Shown here: positions 57,988-64,000 of the stretch, in pieces | Layout of the letters: each line of letters begins with the position of its first letter | Position numbering within the stretch: position 1 is the stretch's first letter | DNA from: Spirochaetia bacterium | Lineage (GTDB): Bacteria; Spirochaetota; Spirochaetia; CADAEX01 | Assembly: GCA_963662795.1 (NCBI GenBank) | Contig: OY759746.1 | Span: 2,528,001-2,592,000, forward strand | DNA: 64,000 bases | Direction of reading: 5' to 3' | The notes under the pieces: model-generated | Database searches by the model: none | What the model was told of the DNA's origin: nothing | Seen by the model: only the letters and a program-made list of their open reading frames with translations | Made by a program: the position numbers and the translations under genes

Positions 57988-58924
57988 CAATACAAAGGTG
58001 AAATATTTTTTTAAACTGATATCAATATTATATCTTTTATTATTGCCGCGAACGGCTTTTTCTGAAAACCGGCCGGATCTGATAATCGGCGTGCTTCCAG
58101 ATGTTGATTCAATTCCTGTCCTTCTTGCAGGGAAGGAAGGGTATTTTGAAAAAGCGGGTGTGAGTGTAAAAATTGAAAAATTCACAAGCCCTGTAAACCG
58201 TGACACCGCATTTCAAACCGGAAATATTGACGGCGCAGTATCAGACATCCTTGCCGCGCTTCTTGCAATTAATGGCGGATTTGATGTCGGGATTACCTCG
58301 CTTACAAACGGATCATACAAGCTTGTCGCATCAGGTAATTCAGGAATAAAAAAAATCAGTGACATAAAAGGAAAAAGTGTTGCAGTGTCTTTAAACACTG
58401 TTATCGAGTACTGCACAGACAGGTTGGCCGCATCTGCAGGGCTTGAATCAGGCAGTTACGGTAAAACCGTAATCCCCCAGATCCCGGTCCGCCTTGAAAT
58501 GCTTAAAGCCGGAAAAATCCCGGCTGCGACACTTCCTGAGCCTCTTGCCTCTGCCGCCGCATCCGGAGGATCAGGTGCTGTAATCATAGACAGTTCCGAC
58601 CGTCTCGGAATAAACCCCGGAGTGATGATCTTCTCCTCTGCCTCACTTTCCGGAAAGGCGGATGCTGTCAAAAACTTTTATAAAGCGTATAACATGGCAG
58701 TCCAATATCTTGCCGGTACCGCTCCCGGCTCCATGGATGATTTTCTTGTAAGGGAATGCGGATTTCCCGAAGCGGTAAGAGGTGTAATTACGCTTCCTGT
58801 TTATACGAAAGCGGCGCTACCTTCTGAAGAAGAATTCAGCAATGTAAGAGAATGGCTTGAAGATAAAAATCTGATTAAAAAAGGGATAAGCTACAGCAGA
58901 GCAGTACAGGTAATTGCAGACTGA
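57974..58924 (+). CDS. ABC transporter substrate-binding protein, NitT/TauT (SsuA/NMT1-like)
   Basis: Signal peptide; G.LPDVDSIP...EGYF...G; LPEP; overlaps ubiX stop. Confidence 0.8.
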   Translation: MKMNSNTKVKYFFKLISILYLLLLPRTAFSENRPDLIIGVLPDVDSIPVLLAGKEGYFEKAGVSVKIEKFTSPVNRDTAFQTGNIDGAVSDILAALLAINGGFDVGITSLTNGSYKLVASGNSGIKKISDIKGKSVAVSLNTVIEYCTDRLAASAGLESGSYGKTVIPQIPVRLEMLKAGKIPAATLPEPLASAAASGGSGAVIIDSSDRLGINPGVMIFSSASLSGKADAVKNFYKAYNMAVQYLAGTAPGSMDDFLVRECGFPEAVRGVITLPVYTKAALPSEEEFSNVREWLEDKNLIKKGISYSRAVQVIAD

Positions 58925-58938
58925 CTTTTATCCAAATA

Positions 58939-60507
58939 TCAGAACGATATAAATGAGACTGACTGGTCATCTGATTTAAAATAGGCAATATCCTGCTGCC
59001 TTCCGGAATTAATGCCGGACTGGGCCATGGCGAAATATTTTTTGTCCTTTTCAAGGTATTTATAGATATCTGACAGAAGGTATCTGCACTCAATAAAATT
59101 ATCACCTTTTTTCATTATGCCTGAAAACAATTGTGTTGACGTTCTGCTCTCACTTTCCCATTTGCTTGAAATTGCATACCAGGAACCGTTCTTAACCCCG
59201 CAGACGAAATTCATATTGCCGCCGGGAACAGTAATGAATACCTGATACCAGAGACCGTCTATGCTTTTAAGCTGATCCCGGCCGGTACCAATATGCATAT
59301 ATAAATATTGATCATCCATTGCCATCTGAACCAGAGATATGTCTCCCGCGGTCCCTGATAGAGAATCTCCTGCCTCATCATCAGCCAAAACAGGAATCGC
59401 GGTCCAGTCCCCGCATTTACCGTCAATAATTATATCTCCCGGCCGGACTAGAGGAATCCTTCCGGATTCCCTCATTTTTTCCTCAAGTATACTCTTTTTT
59501 TCAGACAGAACAGCTGCTGTCCCCGGCGGGAATGCGTAACTGTCAGGCGGTGTTTCCCTGAGATTCCCGCTAAGCAGTGAATCGTATGTTTTCCTGTTAA
59601 AAGCAGGCTTGTTTTCTGAAAAAGCTTTTTCAGCTGAAATCCTGTTTTCAAATAACTTTGGAAATATTGAATACTTTGTCTGAAGAATCCGGTAATCCTT
59701 TCCTGACCGGCCGGAAGCTGATAATCCCGCTTCTGACAGTCTGGTTTCAATTCTTCCCCTGTAATCGCTTTTATACCAGTTCTCCAGGACAAAGCGGTCT
59801 ATTTCTGAAAATTGCTCAACTTCAAAATCGGATATCGGCGGGGATGCGATAGTTATTCTTGTGGTTCTGTTCTCCCTGATCTCTACCATATCTTCAAAAA
59901 CCGGAATATATTCAAGAGCTCCTGCCTGAAGTACTTCAACCTTATATCTGCCGATTAAAATTTTCGGCAGCTGTGTAAAACTTGATCCTATAGGTTCTCC
60001 GTTAAGAAGTATCTGGTACATGCCGGTGTCTTCAAAATCAACTGACAATGTCCCGTATGCTATATGGACCCCGCTGAACGCCTCAAGAAGTGAGGCGGTT
60101 ATGCTGTCTGATGCGTCAAAAATATCAAGAACTGTTTCCGCGGTTTCCTCTTTTTCGAGAACTACCGTATTCTTAAGTTTATCGAAAACTAAAAGTTTTA
60201 TAACGCATGTGTATCCCTTTTTGACTGATGTTTCACCGAAAATAATAGTGTCAATATTATCTTCAACAGCAATAACGGAAGGGGAACGCCTGTCTTCCTG
60301 CGAAATGGGGATAGCATCATATTTGTCAATAATTTTCAGGGACAGCAATATTGTGTCCTGTATTACAGTACTTAAAGTATCGTACTGTTCATCCCCCATA
60401 TTATTGACAGGGACAGATACTGCTACGCGCGGTTTCGGGTTCTGGCTGTATAAATTCTGAAGCGCAAGGATAACAAATAATAAAAGAAACAGGATCCTTA
60501 TTTTCAT
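58939..60507 (-). CDS. Secreted multidomain protein (TolB-N/CsgG-like, PEGA-like, carbohydrate-binding-like)
   Basis: Signal peptide; RVAV..VN alpha/beta domain; GTLSV..LNG..G.Y.VEV; I.IDG..DW..D.AGD..GDI motif. Confidence 0.55.
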   Translation of the reverse strand: MKIRILFLLLFVILALQNLYSQNPKPRVAVSVPVNNMGDEQYDTLSTVIQDTILLSLKIIDKYDAIPISQEDRRSPSVIAVEDNIDTIIFGETSVKKGYTCVIKLLVFDKLKNTVVLEKEETAETVLDIFDASDSITASLLEAFSGVHIAYGTLSVDFEDTGMYQILLNGEPIGSSFTQLPKILIGRYKVEVLQAGALEYIPVFEDMVEIRENRTTRITIASPPISDFEVEQFSEIDRFVLENWYKSDYRGRIETRLSEAGLSASGRSGKDYRILQTKYSIFPKLFENRISAEKAFSENKPAFNRKTYDSLLSGNLRETPPDSYAFPPGTAAVLSEKKSILEEKMRESGRIPLVRPGDIIIDGKCGDWTAIPVLADDEAGDSLSGTAGDISLVQMAMDDQYLYMHIGTGRDQLKSIDGLWYQVFITVPGGNMNFVCGVKNGSWYAISSKWESESRTSTQLFSGIMKKGDNFIECRYLLSDIYKYLEKDKKYFAMAQSGINSGRQQDIAYFKSDDQSVSFISF

Positions 60508-60525
60508 TTTTATCTCCTGAGCTAT

Positions 60526-61479
60526 TTAAAAAACAGCGTTATATGCAAAAAAATCTTTTACCGCTTTTAGTTCCAGCAGTTCTGAAGGATTATCTACTGA
60601 GCCTGGTGCTGAGGTCACTGTAATTAAAAAATAACTTTCTCCGGGTTTGACTCTTAAATAAACACTTGCGGAAGTATCAAGGCTTAATTCCATGGCCTCT
60701 GCTTCAAGGAGCCTGTTGCCGATAAAAACCTGTTTTCCTGATACCTTAGCCGCATCTTTCGAAAACGATTTAAAAAGATCCCCGGTATCATCATCCTGGA
60801 TGCTTATGCTGAGCGGAAATTCGCCTGCGGTAATTGTAAATATACATCCGCCTTTTATATCGTTATGCCATATCCATTTGCCGTCCTGGCTGAAAATACT
60901 GAAATGCCTGTCAATTATTCTTTGCTGTGTAATCATTGGTGTGTCTTCAATTTTTACAGAAACAGCGTATGCAATGGGCAATAAATCCTCAACCGGTAAA
61001 TTTTTACTTGAAAGCCAGAGTCCTGTAACTGCAGATCCGGTAAGCTGCATGCAGTATACTTCGCTTTTTATGCCATCGGGAGGCTGTGTAATATAAACAT
61101 GTGATTCTGATTGATTTTCATCTTTTACAAGGACCCATTTCAGTTCCCTTAAAAGGACTTTGTTCTTAACCGGGTTATTGTTAAACAGTTCCGGAATACC
61201 GGGTTTTTCCGGGCTTATTTTACTTGAGCAGATTTCAATAATCCCTGTATTAATATTGTCCGGAGTATAAATACCTGCCCAGGTGCCCGGTTTTTCCTGA
61301 TATGAAAAAAGCCAGCCTTCAGGAATTGTAATTGAAAGACCGTTCCTGACCAGTCTGTTAACCGCGCCGATTTGCGGCGGTTCAGGAACTGAAGACTTTC
61401 CTGCGCCGGGGCCGCTCAGACACCCAGTAATTATAAAGAACGAAGCTAAAAGAGGGAAGAACCGGTATAATTTATACAT
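60526..61479 (-). CDS. Hypothetical lipoprotein
   Basis: Lipobox IITGC; GLSITIPEGW motif. Confidence 0.6.
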   Translation of the reverse strand: MYKLYRFFPLLASFFIITGCLSGPGAGKSSVPEPPQIGAVNRLVRNGLSITIPEGWLFSYQEKPGTWAGIYTPDNINTGIIEICSSKISPEKPGIPELFNNNPVKNKVLLRELKWVLVKDENQSESHVYITQPPDGIKSEVYCMQLTGSAVTGLWLSSKNLPVEDLLPIAYAVSVKIEDTPMITQQRIIDRHFSIFSQDGKWIWHNDIKGGCIFTITAGEFPLSISIQDDDTGDLFKSFSKDAAKVSGKQVFIGNRLLEAEAMELSLDTSASVYLRVKPGESYFLITVTSAPGSVDNPSELLELKAVKDFFAYNAVF

Positions 61480-61585
61480 AATTCTGATTATCCTCAGATT
61501 TAAATTATATCACGATGTAATTTTAATCAGCAAATGAAATTTTAAACAATAAAAATTTGTCAGCGGCTGACTTACCTTTTCCCTG

Positions 61586-62353
61586 TTACCTGTTTTCGTT
61601 GTTGTTGCCTGTTATCCAGGGACAGAAGTATTTTTCAGCAGCGTCAAGCGAATAAAAAAAAGCAAGCCCGAGAAGAGAAATGCACAGGATGCCTGCCGCC
61701 ATATCCTTATATGCTACCCTTATCCATGAATCCATGATAAAAAACCCGAGCCCCTTGTCTGTGCCGAAAGTTTCGGCGAAAAAGAGTACACTAAGTGATG
61801 TTGCCGCGGATATCCGCACAGAAGAGATGAAGCGGGGAAGCGTGTGGGGCCAGATTACGTAGCGGAAGGCATGGAAGAATCTCCCGCCCAGAATGGAAAT
61901 TGATGTGAAGTATTCTTTTTCAATGTTTTTTACGCTGTCGCGTACGGATAAAAGCACCTGGAAGAATATTACCGAGAAAACAATCAGGATCCTTGATAGT
62001 TCTCCAAGCCCGAAAATGAGAAGAAACAGGGGAAGGAGAGCTATCTTTGGCACAGGATACAGAAGATATGACAGGGGTGAAATAATAAAATCACCTTTCC
62101 GGCTCAGACCTGAAACAACTCCGGCCGGGTATGCAAGGATTGAGGCGAGCAAAACAGGAATAATGGTTCTCAGAAAGCTTGCCGCCGTGTGCCTTAAAAG
62201 AACAGAGGGAAAGATCTCAATAAGTCTTATTATTACGGTGGCAGGGGATGGAAGAAAAAGGCCGGCTCCGGTCATTGAGATTATCTGCCAGATAAAGACA
62301 ATTATAAGCGAAGCGGTTAAAAACTTTGAGGAATTACGGTAAAACTCTCTCAC
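61586..62353 (-). CDS. NitT/TauT ABC transporter permease
   Basis: LPSP, PVPKIALLPLF, AE....GLG.FI. Confidence 0.88.
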   Translation of the reverse strand: MREFYRNSSKFLTASLIIVFIWQIISMTGAGLFLPSPATVIIRLIEIFPSVLLRHTAASFLRTIIPVLLASILAYPAGVVSGLSRKGDFIISPLSYLLYPVPKIALLPLFLLIFGLGELSRILIVFSVIFFQVLLSVRDSVKNIEKEYFTSISILGGRFFHAFRYVIWPHTLPRFISSVRISAATSLSVLFFAETFGTDKGLGFFIMDSWIRVAYKDMAAGILCISLLGLAFFYSLDAAEKYFCPWITGNNNENR

Positions 62354-63081
62354 CTGGTACTCTCCATTATGAGCCTTATACTGTTTATATGTGAAAAAAA
62401 AGCCGGATCTTTTCTGTCCCTGAAATCCTGTCCTGAGCGGTAGACGGAAACAAATCCTTCAGATGGTTTTTCTCCCATGATATAAATTGTATCAGCAAGA
62501 TAAACCGCTTCTTCCATGCTGTGGGTTACAATCAGTGTTGTTATCTTCTTTCCTCTTAATAGATTCTTTAAAAAATCCTGAAGTTCTTCCCTGGTAAGCG
62601 CATCTATCGCTGAGAAGGGCTCATCCATCAATAGAAGCTCCGGGTCTGATGCCATTGTTCTTGCAAGCGCGGTTTTCTGTTTTTCCCCGCCCGAAAGGGA
62701 AGAAGGGTAGCGTTCTTTCAGGCTGCTTATGGAAAAATCCTTCATTATACCTGATACCTTCTTCCTGATTGCGTTTTCTTCAAGCCCGGAGATCTCAAGA
62801 GGGGCCCTTATGTTTTTCTCAACTGTAAGCCATGGAAAAATACCGTAGGTCTGCAGAATACAGCCGACTCTTTTATCTCCTTTTTCAATAATCCTGCCTG
62901 AAAGCTTAACGCTCCCTGCAAGGGGCTTTTTTTGCGCTGTTATCAGGGAAAGAAGGGTTGATTTACCGCAGCCGTTAGGTCCCAGAACCGCGGCTGTTTC
63001 TCCCCCTGTTATATTGATGCTTAATCCCGTGAATAATGACATACCAGGGTATGATGCGGATAGATTTACTGCTTCGAGCAT
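62350..63081 (-). CDS. NitT/TauT ABC transporter ATPase
   Basis: GPNGCGKST, LSGGEKQK, LMDEPFSA.D, VTHS.EEAV.LAD. Confidence 0.9.
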   Translation of the reverse strand: MLEAVNLSASYPGMSLFTGLSINITGGETAAVLGPNGCGKSTLLSLITAQKKPLAGSVKLSGRIIEKGDKRVGCILQTYGIFPWLTVEKNIRAPLEISGLEENAIRKKVSGIMKDFSISSLKERYPSSLSGGEKQKTALARTMASDPELLLMDEPFSAIDALTREELQDFLKNLLRGKKITTLIVTHSMEEAVYLADTIYIMGEKPSEGFVSVYRSGQDFRDRKDPAFFSHINSIRLIMESTR

Positions 63082-63162
63082 GTATTAAGTGTATAGCCGG
63101 AACCGGCTTTATGTAAACAGGAGGCATCAGGTTGTTGTCCAGTTAATACCTTGTTGTTTTAC

Positions 63163-63999
63163 TTAAACTGACAGCAGAACAATTGCAAGAACCGACATCA
63201 TAAGAGCGGATATTTTTCTGAGTGTCAGTTTCTCAATTCCGGTAGCTATAGCGAGAATATATGTTATAAGAAACCCCATATTTGATATCGGGATAACAAT
63301 ACTTATATTTGCGTTTTCAATTGCATAGAAAAGAAAGAGCGCAATGATAAAGATCAGGAATCCCGATATCAGGGAATATTTGAAGTTAATAGCTGTAATC
63401 CTTGTATTTTTTTCACGGAAAAATGAATATACAGCTCCCCCCGCAAACCAGAATAAAGCGCTCATGATTATGATTGCCTTTTTATCTGTTCCGCCAGAAA
63501 TAAGATATTTTGATGAGACCGCGTATAATGACCTGAAGACGGATGCCGCTATCCCGATCATGAGGTAAATAAAAAACCTGCTGCCGGTCCCTTTTTTTTC
63601 TCTTTCAAAGAGGAAAAGGACGGCTGCAATAGAGATTATTATACCGGTAAAATTAATTGCCTTGAGTTTTTCATGAAGCAGTATAATCGAAAGAATAATA
63701 ACAAGCACAGTGTTAAGTCTGTATATTGTTGATCCTGTACTTGCGTCAAGAACTGTCATGCTCTCGATAAGCAGAATATTTGAAAGAAAAACAAAAAATC
63801 CGGGCAGTACAGCGAATGCAAGGGCCTTAGCTGTTATACCACCCGTATTGCCTGTTGCTAAATAGAATGTCATCTGAAATAGAAACCAGATGAGTCCGAT
63901 CATCGAAACAAACATCCCGCGCGACCGGTAAGCGCCTGTCGAATATTTTTTAAATACAAAGTCATTGAGTCCTGAAAAAATTAAACACAGGACCGCAAA
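63163..63999 (-). CDS. EamA/DMT transporter (5' end beyond window)
   Basis: Frame open to window edge (FAVLCLIFSGLNDFVFKK..); duplicated hydrophobic halves each ending in an EKL motif. Confidence 0.8.
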   Translation of the reverse strand, partial: FAVLCLIFSGLNDFVFKKYSTGAYRSRGMFVSMIGLIWFLFQMTFYLATGNTGGITAKALAFAVLPGFFVFLSNILLIESMTVLDASTGSTIYRLNTVLVIILSIILLHEKLKAINFTGIIISIAAVLFLFEREKKGTGSRFFIYLMIGIAASVFRSLYAVSSKYLISGGTDKKAIIIMSALFWFAGGAVYSFFREKNTRITAINFKYSLISGFLIFIIALFLFYAIENANISIVIPISNMGFLITYILAIATGIEKLTLRKISALMMSVLAIVLLSV

Positions 64000-64000
64000 A

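Noticed and set aside
57974-58924. Binding protein as MqnA or MqnD (enzymes with the same fold)
   Set aside because: Has an export signal peptide and NitT/TauT-type motifs, and a matching permease/ATPase lies nearby

Overview
A 64-kb chromosomal segment from an anaerobic bacterium, most likely a free-living spirochaete (inferred from signal/lipoprotein peptide styles such as 'LFAAGSSEK' and from gene content). I see no rRNA, tRNA, CRISPR array, integrase or transposase. Housekeeping blocks: ftsK (3' end), MFS, recCBD; ilvBN; rex divergent from a heteromultimeric [FeFe]-hydrogenase operon; an oxygen-defence cluster (fprA / TIGR02757-like, rbr, dfx, ftn and a rubredoxin missed by the ORF track); cysE; REC-HD-GYP and REC-HPt; a 4Fe-4S protein with a Crp/Fnr regulator of HcpR type and a perfect palindromic operator; a membrane pyrophosphatase; paaK-ACT; a DUF4349/lipoprotein trio; PhoH2; apbE; proXVW; ubiD-ubiA-ubiX with a split ABC importer. 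The standout is a ~13-kb locus (20.0-33.3 kb). A CHASE2 adenylate cyclase converges on four genes: (i) two paralogues built as predicted beta-barrel, Ig-like, transglutaminase-like and TPR domains, one with an intact Cys/His site and one catalytically dead, the active one also carrying a long Pro/Glu linker and a C-terminal membrane anchor; (ii) a 1681-aa Ig-repeat lipoprotein with five 381-bp mosaic repeats and a second, C-terminal anchor; (iii) a small secreted FecR-like protein. It looks like a candidate envelope-spanning cAMP signalling / adhesin-processing system. Domain calls come from motif recognition by eye, not database searches.
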